Below, one piece after another: positions 9,056 through 18,842 of a stretch of DNA of 64,000 nucleotides. Source of the stretch: an uncultured Gammaproteobacteria bacterium (GTDB taxonomy: Bacteria > Actinomycetota > Acidimicrobiia > Acidimicrobiales > Aldehydirespiratoraceae); contig CAXMSE010000039.1 of assembly GCA_964196195.1 (NCBI GenBank), positions 134,761-198,760 of the forward strand, read 5' to 3'. How positions within the stretch are numbered: position 1 is the stretch's first letter; each line of letters opens with the position of its first letter. A program made the position numbers and the translations under genes. The notes under the pieces were generated by a model that was not told the DNA's origin, ran no database searches, and saw nothing but the letters and a program-made list of their open reading frames with translations.

Positions 9056-11593
9056 CTATCTCCGACGCCTGGCTCGTGCGGTGGCTGGCGCCGTGGTGGG
9101 GTCGTCGGGCCACTGATGTTTGGGATAGCGACCCCTGAGCTCGCGTCGCACCGCCGGGTACCCGGTTTCCCAGAAGGAGGCGAGGTCGGTGGTCACCTGC
9201 ACGGGCCGGTGGGCGGGGGAGAGGAGGTGTATCACCACGGGTGTGGCGCCTCCGACAGTGGGCGATTTGCTGAGCCCGAATACCTCCTGCAGTCGTACTG
9301 CGAGCACCGGGCCACCCTCGGGGCCGTAATCGATCGGGATTCTGGACCCCGACGGAACCTCGATGTGAGTTGGGGCGAGCCGCTCGAGCTCACGCCCCTG
9401 ACGCCAGTCGAGGAGGTTGGTGAGTGCCTCACGAGGCTTGATCTTCTCCAGATCACTGCGGCGGCGCACGTCGGAGAGGGCGGGGCCGAGCCAGGCTTCG
9501 AGTCTCTCGAGAAGCGATTCGTCGTCGACGGCGGGCCACTCGTCGGCCGCGAGAGAGTGGAGGAAGCCGAGGCGTTCCCGGTAGCGCTCATCGGGTCGGT
9601 CCCAGGTGAGAAGCCCGAGACCCTCGCGCCGCACACCGGAGAGCAGGCCCTCGACGATCGCGCCCTGGTTCGGCTCGGTCACCGGGCTCCGGCTCACGAC
9701 GATCGAGCCGAGTGTCTCACGGTTTTCGAACACGACGTCGCGCTTACGGCGATCCCACCCACCGTGGATCGATGCTTCGATGCGGTCGCGGTGGTGGGTT
9801 TCGATGTCGTCGTCGTCGAGGGGCGCGGCCGTGCGGACTCTTGCATCGGCACCCGATCCTTCGGTCTCGGCCACCGCCAGCCATGTGGAGCGGGCCAGTT
9901 CGTCGCTCACGGGGACCCCTACTCCGGCGCCTGAAGCGAGCAGGAAGCTCCCCGGCTCCTCGCGGCGGCGGGCCACACGGTCGGGGAAGGCCAGGGACGT
10001 GAGCACGCCGACGAGGTCGAGATCGACCGGTGCGTTCTCCGAGCCCGGCAAGGATGACTCCCATCGGCGAGCCATCGAACGGGCCTGTTGTACAGCGCCG
10101 CGATCGCCGCGATCGCCGGGGCGCTCCCGGGCCACCAGCTCGACGCGGGTTCGGAGATCCACGGGGCGGTCGCGTCCGCTCAACAGGTCTCGGTCGGCGA
10201 GTGCTGCGGCCAGGGCACACGCGGTGGCGGTGGCGCCCGCCAGGCCGTCGGATTCGAGCGAGGCTCCACGAAGCATGAGATGGGATAGTCGAGGTTCGGC
10301 CCCGAGCTGGTTCATGGCCCGTCCGTGATTGGTGAGTCGACCCTCGCTGTCGAACGCGCCCAGGCTCGTGAGGGTGGCTCGCGCCGCGTCGTAGGCGACG
10401 GTGGGCGGCGGATCGAGCCATGGAAGTTCGCTCGGCTCGGTCGCCCCCCACGCCGCGATCTGCAGAGCGAGCCCTGTCAGGTCGCTGGTGAGAATCTCGG
10501 GTGGTTCGTCGGCCGGTCGATGGCCTTGCTCCGACTCACTCCAGAGGCGGATACACACTCCGGGTGCCTGGCGGCCGGCCCGACCCCGACGCTGGTCGGT
10601 GGCCGCGCGACTGGCCCCCACGGTGCGGAGCTGGCTCATTCCCCGCCCGTGGTTGATCTCGGGGCGGCGGCGCCGACCCGTATCGATCACCACCCGCACA
10701 CCGTCGATGGTCACGCTGGTTTCGGCGATGGGTGTGGACAGGATCACCTTGCGCCGGCCGTTCGGGTCGGGCTGGAGGGCACGGTCCTGCTCGCCAGGAG
10801 TGAGCGATCCGTGGAGTGGAGTGATAGCGATCTCGTGGGCGCGGCTGCCGAGGCGTCGGGCCAGCTCTCGCTGGGCGCGGTTGATCGCCCCCGCCCCGGC
10901 CAGAAACACGAGAACATCACCCGGCGGACCCGTCGGTGCAAGCACATCGAGCACAGCGTCGGGTACTTCCTGATCGACTGTGCGGCCCGGGGCAGGCGCA
11001 CGGTAGATGGTGTCGACGGGGTGAACCGCCGCGTCGGCTCGCACGATCGCGTCGGTGCGAAGGCGGGTGGCCAGTGAGTCCGCATCGAGGGTGGCCGACA
11101 TCACCACCATGCGAAGGTCGTCTCGCAGGGCATCGGCGGTTTCGCGTGCGAACGCCATGGCGGTGTCGGCGTGGATGCTCCGCTCGTGGAACTCGTCGAA
11201 CACGATCACGCCGACACCCTCGAGGCCAGGATCGCTCAGCAGCATCCGGGTGAGAACACCCTCGGTGACCACTTCCACCCTGCTTGCCTCGCTCACCCGG
11301 GTATCGAATCTCGTACGAAGACCGATCGATCGACCGATCTCCTCGCCCCGCTCGGCGGCCATTCGCGCCGCCGCGGCTCTGGCTGCCACCCGCCTCGGCT
11401 CGAGCACGAGCACCCGCCCCTGACCGAGCCAGGGCAGGCCGATCAAGGAGGGAGGGACCCGGGTTGTCTTGCCGGTGCCGGGCGGGGCTTGCAAGATCAC
11501 GACCCGCTGGCGCTTCAGCGCCTCGTGAAGCTCGGGAAGTACAGCCTCGACGGGGAGGCCGGACCCTCCTGGTGCATCGGGTGGCGGTGTCAC
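9056..11593 (-). CDS. hrpB: ATP-dependent RNA helicase HrpB (DEAH-box)
   Basis: 845 aa with Walker A PPGTGKTT, DEFHER (DEAH variant), SATLD and a C-terminal HrpB-specific domain. Confidence 0.9.
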   Translation of the reverse strand: MTPPPDAPGGSGLPVEAVLPELHEALKRQRVVILQAPPGTGKTTRVPPSLIGLPWLGQGRVLVLEPRRVAARAAAARMAAERGEEIGRSIGLRTRFDTRVSEASRVEVVTEGVLTRMLLSDPGLEGVGVIVFDEFHERSIHADTAMAFARETADALRDDLRMVVMSATLDADSLATRLRTDAIVRADAAVHPVDTIYRAPAPGRTVDQEVPDAVLDVLAPTGPPGDVLVFLAGAGAINRAQRELARRLGSRAHEIAITPLHGSLTPGEQDRALQPDPNGRRKVILSTPIAETSVTIDGVRVVIDTGRRRRPEINHGRGMSQLRTVGASRAATDQRRGRAGRQAPGVCIRLWSESEQGHRPADEPPEILTSDLTGLALQIAAWGATEPSELPWLDPPPTVAYDAARATLTSLGAFDSEGRLTNHGRAMNQLGAEPRLSHLMLRGASLESDGLAGATATACALAAALADRDLLSGRDRPVDLRTRVELVARERPGDRGDRGAVQQARSMARRWESSLPGSENAPVDLDLVGVLTSLAFPDRVARRREEPGSFLLASGAGVGVPVSDELARSTWLAVAETEGSGADARVRTAAPLDDDDIETHHRDRIEASIHGGWDRRKRDVVFENRETLGSIVVSRSPVTEPNQGAIVEGLLSGVRREGLGLLTWDRPDERYRERLGFLHSLAADEWPAVDDESLLERLEAWLGPALSDVRRRSDLEKIKPREALTNLLDWRQGRELERLAPTHIEVPSGSRIPIDYGPEGGPVLAVRLQEVFGLSKSPTVGGATPVVIHLLSPAHRPVQVTTDLASFWETGYPAVRRELRGRYPKHQWPDDPTTAPATARARRRR

Positions 11594-12297
11594 CCCGCCC
11601 CGACTTCAGCGGCGATCGAACGCACCGCCGCCGCAACCGATTCCGGGTGGCTCTTCATCACGAAGTGGCGACCTCCCTCGACGGTGGTGCGCTGGGCGTG
11701 GGGGAGCTTCTTCTCCAAGTAGTCGTTGGCGCCGAGGAAAGCCCTGTCGCCATCGCCGATCACCAGCGCTACCGGCACGCCGACGTCGGTGAGTCGATCC
11801 ATCACCATTGAGTCGACGTGGAAGGCAATCGAGGCGGCTACCCGGCTGACGCTGTAATTGTCGCTGTTGGCCTCGACCCGCTCGTTCCAGGTCTGCATGG
11901 CTGCAGGGTCGCGAAAGCCGGGACCGGCAGAAACGAGGACTAGCCCGTCGACCGTGGTGGCGCTCTCGTGTCGGGTGAGGACATGGGCCAGCCCGAGGTA
12001 GCCGCCGAGACTGTGGCCGACCAGCACTACCGCCCGAGCGGGATGGTGGACCCTGAGGGTGTCGATGACCTCGTCGAGGTCGGAGAGAACAGGCTCGCGT
12101 TCGTAGGCGGAGGAATCGTCCGGCGCCGGCGACTCGCCATGACCGGGTAGGTCGACAGCGACACAATGCAGCTCGTGGTCGACCAACTCGACCGCGCGGT
12201 CCCAGACGTGGGAATCGGAGTCGACGCCGTGGATCCACAGCACAGAGACTGTCGAGTCCTCGGGTCCGGTATGGGTGACGTGGAGGGGGGTGGGCAC
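11590..12297 (-). CDS. alpha/beta-fold hydrolase
   Basis: GHSLGG nucleophile elbow and an HG oxyanion motif (WIHGVDSD). The stop overlaps the hrpB start by 4 nt. Confidence 0.8.
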   Translation of the reverse strand: MPTPLHVTHTGPEDSTVSVLWIHGVDSDSHVWDRAVELVDHELHCVAVDLPGHGESPAPDDSSAYEREPVLSDLDEVIDTLRVHHPARAVVLVGHSLGGYLGLAHVLTRHESATTVDGLVLVSAGPGFRDPAAMQTWNERVEANSDNYSVSRVAASIAFHVDSMVMDRLTDVGVPVALVIGDGDRAFLGANDYLEKKLPHAQRTTVEGGRHFVMKSHPESVAAAVRSIAAEVGAG

Positions 12298-12312
12298 GCG
12301 AACTCCTGGAGG

Positions 12313-13107
12313 TCAGTGGCCGTGGAAGTGTGGGGGACGCTTCTCCATGAACGCAAGAACGCCTTCGGCAAAGTCGTCGCTGCGGTAGCAGGCATCCACC
12401 GCTGCGGCCGCGTCGGCGCGGCCCGTGGTGGTGATGCTGTCGATGGTCTGCTTGGCCGCCGCGATCGAAAGGGGGGAGAGGCGAGCGATTCGGCGGGCGA
12501 GGTGGTCGACCTGCCCATCGAGTTGGTCGGGGGCGTGGATCTCCTGCACGAGACCGATCCGTCGCGCCTCGTCGGCATCGATGACCCCGGCGGTGTAAAG
12601 CAATTGCTTGGCCACGGCGGGTCCCACGAGGGCTACGAGGCGATGGGTTGCCTCCGGCGGATAGGCGAGGCCGAGACTGGCTGGCGGCACGGAGAAGCTT
12701 GCGTCGTGGGCCGCGATCCTGAGGTCGGCGTGGAGCGCCATGGCCACGCCCCCTCCTCGGCATGGGCCGTGGATCGAGGCGATCACGGGAACGTCGATGC
12801 CGGCGATGGCCTCCCATGCTCGATGCTCGGCCTTGTCGTACTCATGACCCCGGATGCCCATCCGCTGTTCGGCAAACTCGGTGATGTCGCTTCCGGCACT
12901 GAACGCTTCGGCCCCGGCGCCGCGGAGGATCACACAGCGCAGATCTGGTTGGGCCGTGAGCGTGGCCACAGCATCGGGCACGGCGTTGTACATGGCTGAG
13001 TTCATCGCGTTGCGGCGCGCCGGATTGTCGATGATCAGGGTGCCGACCGATCCGTGGATCACACCGCCGGACTCGATGGACTGCAGGGTTGTGCCGATTG
13101 TTGCCAC
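12313..13107 (-). CDS. enoyl-CoA hydratase/isomerase (crotonase family)
   Basis: LIIDNPARRNAMN...AFSAGSDI...GPCRGGGVAMAL are crotonase-fold motifs. The start was chosen at the GTG giving VATIGTT; the longer ORF-track start at 13260 gives an atypical N-terminus. Confidence 0.8.
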   Translation of the reverse strand: MATIGTTLQSIESGGVIHGSVGTLIIDNPARRNAMNSAMYNAVPDAVATLTAQPDLRCVILRGAGAEAFSAGSDITEFAEQRMGIRGHEYDKAEHRAWEAIAGIDVPVIASIHGPCRGGGVAMALHADLRIAAHDASFSVPPASLGLAYPPEATHRLVALVGPAVAKQLLYTAGVIDADEARRIGLVQEIHAPDQLDGQVDHLARRIARLSPLSIAAAKQTIDSITTTGRADAAAAVDACYRSDDFAEGVLAFMEKRPPHFHGH

Positions 13108-13185
13108 GGGGGCAGTCTGCCGGATCGTGCCGCTGGGTGTGTGCCTGGCACGCTGAGTCGTGGTTCGGCCGTTACCGTCACCTGA

Positions 13186-14043
13186 GTGGATTCCGCCGTA
13201 CGCCTGCGGGCACTTCGAGATGGGGCCGTGATCGTGGCCCGAAACATCACGGCGCACCACACCATGCTGGTCGCCGGTGGCGTGGCGTTCTCCTGCGTGT
13301 TCGGCCTTATCCCGGCCCTCATCGCCGTTGTCGCCGTTTACGGGCTTGTCGCCGAGCCGTCCGATGTGGAGTCGAATCTCAGACCTCTGGTGGAGGCCCT
13401 ACCCACCGATGCCGGCGACTTGTTGATCGATCAGTTCGAGAATGTCACTGCCGTATCCGGCGCAAAGATGACCGTCGGTCTGGCGATCGGGCTCTTCGGT
13501 ATGGCCTGGGCAGTCTCGAGTGCGCTCAACTCCATGATCATGGCTGTGCGAATCGCTCATGAGATGCCGAGCCCTCACAATTGGGTCCAGGGCCGACTCT
13601 TCGCCCTCAAGCTCAGCATGGTGGCAGTTGTGGCCACCGCGGCGATGATCTGGTTGGTGGTGGTCCTTCCGCCGGTGCTTGATCAGGGCAATGTGGGAGG
13701 CTTGTTCCGATGGGCCCTGTCGATCGGCCGGTGGCCACTGGTAGTCGTGATCTCGATTACCGCCCTCGCCCTGTTCTATCGGGTAGTGGTGGGCCTTCGA
13801 AGTGGTCGATACCACGCCATCAGCGTGGGATCGGTCACCGGCACCGGCATCTGGGTGCTGAGTACCTACGGGCTGAGTGTGGTCTATTCCTACATCGGCC
13901 GGGTCGAGTCGACCCTGGGTTCTTTGGGCGCCGTCGCCGCCCTCATGGCCTGGTTGTACCTCTCGGCTCTCGCCGCTCTCATCGGAGCGGAGGTCGACGG
14001 CGCTCTCTACCGAAATGGCCCATCGCCGGAAGGTTCCTCCTGA
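13186..14043 (+). CDS. YihY/BrkB family inner-membrane protein
   Basis: The six-TM topology and sequence pattern are typical of the YihY/virulence factor BrkB family. Confidence 0.7.
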   Translation: MDSAVRLRALRDGAVIVARNITAHHTMLVAGGVAFSCVFGLIPALIAVVAVYGLVAEPSDVESNLRPLVEALPTDAGDLLIDQFENVTAVSGAKMTVGLAIGLFGMAWAVSSALNSMIMAVRIAHEMPSPHNWVQGRLFALKLSMVAVVATAAMIWLVVVLPPVLDQGNVGGLFRWALSIGRWPLVVVISITALALFYRVVVGLRSGRYHAISVGSVTGTGIWVLSTYGLSVVYSYIGRVESTLGSLGAVAALMAWLYLSALAALIGAEVDGALYRNGPSPEGSS

Positions 14044-14117
14044 AACACAGCCGCTCGTCGAGGCGATCTGGAGTGCGTCCATCCGGACCGACGCAGAGCA
14101 GCTACCGGCGCGGCGGG

Positions 14118-17100
14118 TTAGTGACCGTGGCCGGTGAGGGCTTCACCTTCGAGCTCGCGCGAGAGCGTGAGCTCGATTACCTCTGCCGGTGCCGGCCGAG
14201 TGAAATAGTAACCTTGCCCGAACAGGCAACCGAGGGCCAAGAGGCGGCGATGCTGATCTGGTACCTCGATACCTTCGGCGATCGCGGAAGCCCCCATGCT
14301 CTTCGCGATCGAGAGCACCGTCGAGATGATGGTCGACTCGTCGTGTGTCTCGAGACGAGAGACGAAGCTCTGGTCGATCTTGAGAATATCGGCCGAGAAC
14401 TCCTCGGCGTATTTGAGGGTCGCGTTGCCAGTTCCGAAGTCGTCGATTGCCACCCGTAGCCCGGCTTGGCGGAGGGCATCGATGCGGCCGACGACGAGTT
14501 CGAAGTCTGCGATGAGGGCGGACTCGGTGAGTTCGAGCACCACGGCCGAGCGCTCGAGCCCGGCGCGATCGACGACTTCGAGGATCTCTGCGACGATGCC
14601 GTTGCGCACGAGTTGCACGGGAGAGATATTGATGCTCGCGTAGATGTCGTGGCCCTGGCTTCGCCAAGCGGCGACCTGATGGGTCGCTTCTTCGAGCACA
14701 AATCGGCCGAGCGGAACGATGAGACCATTCCGCTCTGCGATAGGAATGAAGGCTGCGGGGCTGACCATGCCACGTACCGGGTGGTTCCAGCGAACGAGCG
14801 CCTCGACCCCGATGGTGCGTCCGGTGGCTAGGTCGACAATGGGCTGGTAGTAGACCATCAGCTCGTCGTTGTCGATCGCCGCTCCCAAGGTGTTGGCAAT
14901 CTCGAACCGCTCGATGGTTTGATCCGCCATGCTTGATTCGAAGATCGCCCAGCGTCCCTTGCCCTGCGCCTTGGCCTCGTACATCGCTACGTCGGCAGAC
15001 CGGAGCAGATCCTCTGGTGATTGGGAGTGGCCGTCGTCGATAGCTATCCCGACGCTCACTCCAAGCTGGACCTCCTTGCCCATCAGGGTGACCGGGCGTG
15101 ACAGCTCCTCGACGATGCGGTCTGCGATGCCTGTCACGTCGGAGATGCCATAGATGTCGGTGAGAAGCACCGCGAACTCATCACCACCGAAGCGAGCGGC
15201 CCTGTCTTGGAGACGAAGTCCGCCGAGTAGGCGGCTTGAGATCTCTACCAGAACTTGGTCGCCCGCTGCGTGTCCGAGTGAGTCGTTGATGTTCTTGAAG
15301 GCGTCAAGATCGATGAACAGCGCGGCGACCTTACTTCCCGGGCTGCGTTTTGGCCCCAGCGCCTCGCCGAGCTGGTTCGTGAACTGAACTCGGCTTCCGA
15401 GGCCGGTGAGATCGTCGTGCAAGACCTGATGGCGAAGGTCTTCCTCGAGCTTCTTCCGTTCGGTGACATCTCGGATATTGAGCACGAGACCGCTCACGGA
15501 TGGGTCGTCTCGAAGATCGGTGATGGTTACCTCGGTGGTACGGAGGGTCTGATCGGGCCGCTCCAGGACGAGTTCCAGGTTTCTCACACCTGGAGGCTTT
15601 GAGTGTATTGAGCGACGGGCGCGCCCCAGGCTTTCGAGGTCGTCTGTTGGGAGCAACTCGAGGAAGCTCCGACCCCGCAGCATCTCGGGCCGCAGACCGA
15701 ACAGGTCTTCGGCCGCGGGGCTCGCATAGGTGAAGATGCCAGCTTCATCGAGTACGGCGATGACATCGGAACTGTGCTGGACAAGTCCACGGAACCACTG
15801 TTCACTTCGCTTCAGTCCGAGCTTGGCGGCACGTTCGTCATTGACGTCGCGGGCAGTCACGACGATGCCTGCGACTTCAGGGTCGTCGGTGAAATCACGG
15901 GCTGTGGCGTCAAACCATCGGTATTCGCCGCTCGCGGCACGGAGGCGCAATTCGGTGGCGTGGGATGACTCGTGGGGTTTGGTGGGCTGTTCGACAAGGC
16001 GTTTCAGCTCGCCGGCATCCGCGATATGAACGAGCGACGATGGATGGCTGTCGGCCATGGCGCCGGGTGCCACGTCGAGCAAGCGCGCAGCGTTGGGCGA
16101 GACGAAGGTGACCTCGTTGTTTTGGTCGATTACGGTCACCAAATCTGTGCTCTGTTCCACGAGCGCTGTCAGGCGGCGCTCCGCTCGTTGGTTGAAGCGG
16201 GTCTCGGCGAGGCTGAGTGAAGTCAGTGCCTGGGTGATTTGGGCGGACATCGTCTGGAGGGCGAGGCTGTAGGCGGCGTCGGGCGAAGGAGGGACTTCGA
16301 CGAGGATCTCACCGAACTCGGCATCCTCACCGAGTTCGAGGTGGACGATTCGAGCCATCTGTGAGCGGCCTTCAAGACCGGACCAGGGGCCCGCCTCGGC
16401 CTCCGGCGCCAGGGTTTCGAACTCGATTTCTCCTCCCCGGATCGATCGTTGGATGAGGTGGCGGGCGCCCCCAGTCCCTTGAACTATCGCTGCGAAACGG
16501 ACCTCAGCACCGGCCACCAAACGGATGGTGCTCGAAACGGCCAAGGCGACATCTGATGCAGTTGATGCATCGAGAAGTTCTCGCCCTGACTCTGAGAGTG
16601 CAACTTCCAGGCCGACTGTGCGCTCATTCGCGCGGAACAGGAGGCTGATTCTTGCCAGCGACAACACGGCGAGCGCCGCCGATCCACCGACCAGGACGGG
16701 CAAGTCCGGGGCTGTGCCTCGAACTAGCGAGGAGAGAAGAGCGGCGGGCAGAGTGAGCAGCGCCGCTCCAAGCATGGCGATTCGACCCACCGACAGTCTT
16801 GCGGCCGTGTAGCTCGGCGCATCGGTGAGAGCGTGGGCTTCGGGATGCAGGATCGCGGCGGTTGCAAAGAAGAAGGCGAGTGGTGAGGTGATGCTTGCTG
16901 CCGTGAACGCCCAGCCTGAGCCTGTGGTGTCGAGCAGCAGCAGTAGGTCGTTGGTGAGAATCGCGCTGGTGGCACCGGCGATCAGCCGCCACGCGGTGTT
17001 TCGGGCGCCGGGGCCGACGGCAAGTCGAGCCACGAATCCGAGAAGGGTGAGAGTCAGAACCGAATACCCGACATTTCCCAGTCGGGCGAAAATGTTCACC

Positions 17101-17546
17101 TCACTGTCACGGAGATATTCCGAGAGAATGGCTGAGAAGACGACAACCGCCGCGGCGGCGGCAATCAGCAGGCCATCGAGGGCTGCCGCAATGTCGCGGC
17201 CCAGACTTCGGTGTTTCCAGAAACTCCGGGCCGCAGCGATGACAAAGACGTAGCCGAGGTAACCAGGGGCCTCCGCAGGGCTTGGGAAGGGGTTGGGCTC
17301 ATTAATGATGATTCCGTGGGTGAGCCGGGTGATAGCGGACACCAACGCTAGTACCCCACCGGTGGCGAGAAGGGCCCAAGGAGCGCGAGTGATCTCCGGC
17401 CGGCGGCGCAACTGCACGGCTACTACGGCTACCAGGACGATCGCTGAGCCGGCCCGAACGGCCGACTGGGCGACGTCGCCCAGCACCGCCGCTGCAACTA
17501 CTGCAAACACGCCTGTTGACAGCGTGAGCCACCAAGCTCTCTCCAT
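14118..17546 (-). CDS. membrane sensor diguanylate cyclase/phosphodiesterase (multi-TM - PAS x3 - GGDEF - EAL)
   Basis: 1142 aa. About 8-10 N-terminal TM helices, PAS-like repeats, an RFGGDEF GGDEF domain and an EAL domain (EALVRW, DDFGTG). Confidence 0.9.
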   Translation of the reverse strand: MERAWWLTLSTGVFAVVAAAVLGDVAQSAVRAGSAIVLVAVVAVQLRRRPEITRAPWALLATGGVLALVSAITRLTHGIIINEPNPFPSPAEAPGYLGYVFVIAAARSFWKHRSLGRDIAAALDGLLIAAAAAVVVFSAILSEYLRDSEVNIFARLGNVGYSVLTLTLLGFVARLAVGPGARNTAWRLIAGATSAILTNDLLLLLDTTGSGWAFTAASITSPLAFFFATAAILHPEAHALTDAPSYTAARLSVGRIAMLGAALLTLPAALLSSLVRGTAPDLPVLVGGSAALAVLSLARISLLFRANERTVGLEVALSESGRELLDASTASDVALAVSSTIRLVAGAEVRFAAIVQGTGGARHLIQRSIRGGEIEFETLAPEAEAGPWSGLEGRSQMARIVHLELGEDAEFGEILVEVPPSPDAAYSLALQTMSAQITQALTSLSLAETRFNQRAERRLTALVEQSTDLVTVIDQNNEVTFVSPNAARLLDVAPGAMADSHPSSLVHIADAGELKRLVEQPTKPHESSHATELRLRAASGEYRWFDATARDFTDDPEVAGIVVTARDVNDERAAKLGLKRSEQWFRGLVQHSSDVIAVLDEAGIFTYASPAAEDLFGLRPEMLRGRSFLELLPTDDLESLGRARRSIHSKPPGVRNLELVLERPDQTLRTTEVTITDLRDDPSVSGLVLNIRDVTERKKLEEDLRHQVLHDDLTGLGSRVQFTNQLGEALGPKRSPGSKVAALFIDLDAFKNINDSLGHAAGDQVLVEISSRLLGGLRLQDRAARFGGDEFAVLLTDIYGISDVTGIADRIVEELSRPVTLMGKEVQLGVSVGIAIDDGHSQSPEDLLRSADVAMYEAKAQGKGRWAIFESSMADQTIERFEIANTLGAAIDNDELMVYYQPIVDLATGRTIGVEALVRWNHPVRGMVSPAAFIPIAERNGLIVPLGRFVLEEATHQVAAWRSQGHDIYASINISPVQLVRNGIVAEILEVVDRAGLERSAVVLELTESALIADFELVVGRIDALRQAGLRVAIDDFGTGNATLKYAEEFSADILKIDQSFVSRLETHDESTIISTVLSIAKSMGASAIAEGIEVPDQHRRLLALGCLFGQGYYFTRPAPAEVIELTLSRELEGEALTGHGH

Positions 17547-17591
17547 GAAGAGCTAATCGGCGAGCCTGTGGAAAAAGTGAGGAGCGGAGAG

Positions 17592-18320
17592 TTAGGCGAC
17601 CGGTGCGCTCGCCGACCGGAGATCGAGCACCGTGGCGCGGTGTTCGTTGACATTGTTGCGGATATCCAGCGATACGAGGTCGAGATCGGCAAACGAGATG
17701 TCTCCCGAGAAGAATGCAAGCGCGTCGGGGTTGCTCTGCTTGAGCACTTCGACGGTGCGGGGGATGTACATGGCGACCGGGGTTGTGCGCGCTCCCATCC
17801 AGTGCATCGGGAGTCCGATGGCTTCGAAGGGGAAATCAAACCAGCGTCGCATGATTCTCAGCAGGCGGTCGTCCATAATTGCGAGCATGTACGCTCGCCG
17901 ATTCCTTACCGACTCTTGCCAGACAAAGGCGTAAATCGCGGCAGAGATTGCCATGTTCTGCAGCCCGTTGCGCGGGGTTGACAGGGCTGAGATCTCGCTG
18001 CATCGGTTGGGATCCAACTCGGCGAAGATCGACATGGCCTCCGGCAGGGGATCGAAGAACTCGAACGCGGGGAACCCTCGAACTGACGGCTTGATTATTC
18101 GCGCCGTGCCCACGATCTCGGCCTGCTCGCTGTCGACGGCGATGATCATGTCGCTATAGGGCACCCACGCATCATCAATCACCCCGTTGGTGAGATCCCC
18201 GCGCTCCACATAGCCGGCTTCCAGATAGCACTTTGCATGTAGCTTCCGGGCCGCGCTGAGTTCGTCAGCATCGGCGACAGCGCGCACTTCGAGTCCGGGA
18301 ATCTGGGGGATCAAGGCCAT
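17592..18320 (-). CDS. GNAT-fold N-acyltransferase, Acetyltransf_5 (N-acyl amino acid synthase / OlsB / FeeM-like) family
   Basis: N-terminal LEVRAVADADELSAARKLHAKCYLEAGYV fits the xVRxA..EL..A..LRy.vF..E.G signature of this family; the ~240-aa size also fits. Confidence 0.55.
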   Translation of the reverse strand: MALIPQIPGLEVRAVADADELSAARKLHAKCYLEAGYVERGDLTNGVIDDAWVPYSDMIIAVDSEQAEIVGTARIIKPSVRGFPAFEFFDPLPEAMSIFAELDPNRCSEISALSTPRNGLQNMAISAAIYAFVWQESVRNRRAYMLAIMDDRLLRIMRRWFDFPFEAIGLPMHWMGARTTPVAMYIPRTVEVLKQSNPDALAFFSGDISFADLDLVSLDIRNNVNEHRATVLDLRSASAPVA

Positions 18321-18401
18321 GAGACACTGAATGCTACCTGTGGATAACTATCGTGCGTCAAGTCGATCACGAGCAGTGGTTGGCCGAGAGGATCATGACT
18401 G

Positions 18402-18842
18402 GTGCAACGGTTTGCCCCTACAGTCGGTGAGATGGCAAAGGGGCACCGCGTCGGGTGGCTGGGGAAGGCGTGGATCGTAGGCGTCTTCGGATATTCGATT
18501 GCTCGGGCCGCGGTAGTGTGGCCAACGCTGGGCGACTATGGCGTCAGTCCACTGGTATTCCTGGCCATCGACGTGGGGACCGCCTGGCCCTATGCCTACG
18601 GGCAAGTAAGAGTCATCAACGAGGCTAAGAGCCGAGAATGGGGGCAGGTCCAGATCTGGGCGGTGATAACGCTATTGTCGTTCTTGGCGCCGTATGCCTA
18701 CATCGTGGGAGCAGGTTCAGGCGAGATGCCGCTCATCGCTTGGATCATCATCGGCCTCCTGATGGTTCTCTTCGGAATTGCGTCCGTTGTGAGGATCATC
18801 CGCCAGATTCGCGAGCCGAGAACGATGGCCGAGTCGGCTTAA
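18402..18842 (+). CDS. small integral membrane protein (about 4 TM), unknown function
   Basis: Hydrophobic helices IVGVFGYSIARAAVVW, LVFLAIDVGTAW, IWAVITLLSFLAPYAYIV and LIAWIIIGLLMVLFGIASVV. Divergent from the acyltransferase, with a convergent 4-nt overlap with the CDF gene. A start at ATG 18432 is also possible. Confidence 0.5.
   Translation: MQRFAPTVGEMAKGHRVGWLGKAWIVGVFGYSIARAAVVWPTLGDYGVSPLVFLAIDVGTAWPYAYGQVRVINEAKSREWGQVQIWAVITLLSFLAPYAYIVGAGSGEMPLIAWIIIGLLMVLFGIASVVRIIRQIREPRTMAESA

Noticed and set aside
9116-11636. Multiple 80-270-aa ORFs on both strands inside hrpB (e.g. 9116..9934, 9606..10328, 9744..10451, 10325..11077, 10917..11636)
   Set aside because: All overlap the 845-aa HrpB frame, which carries the complete DEAH helicase motif set. 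They have Arg/Pro-rich low-complexity translations.
11606-12817. 403-aa minus ORF and 12166..12999 plus ORF
   Set aside because: They overlap the alpha/beta hydrolase (GHSLGG) and enoyl-CoA hydratase frames and have R/P/G-rich composition.
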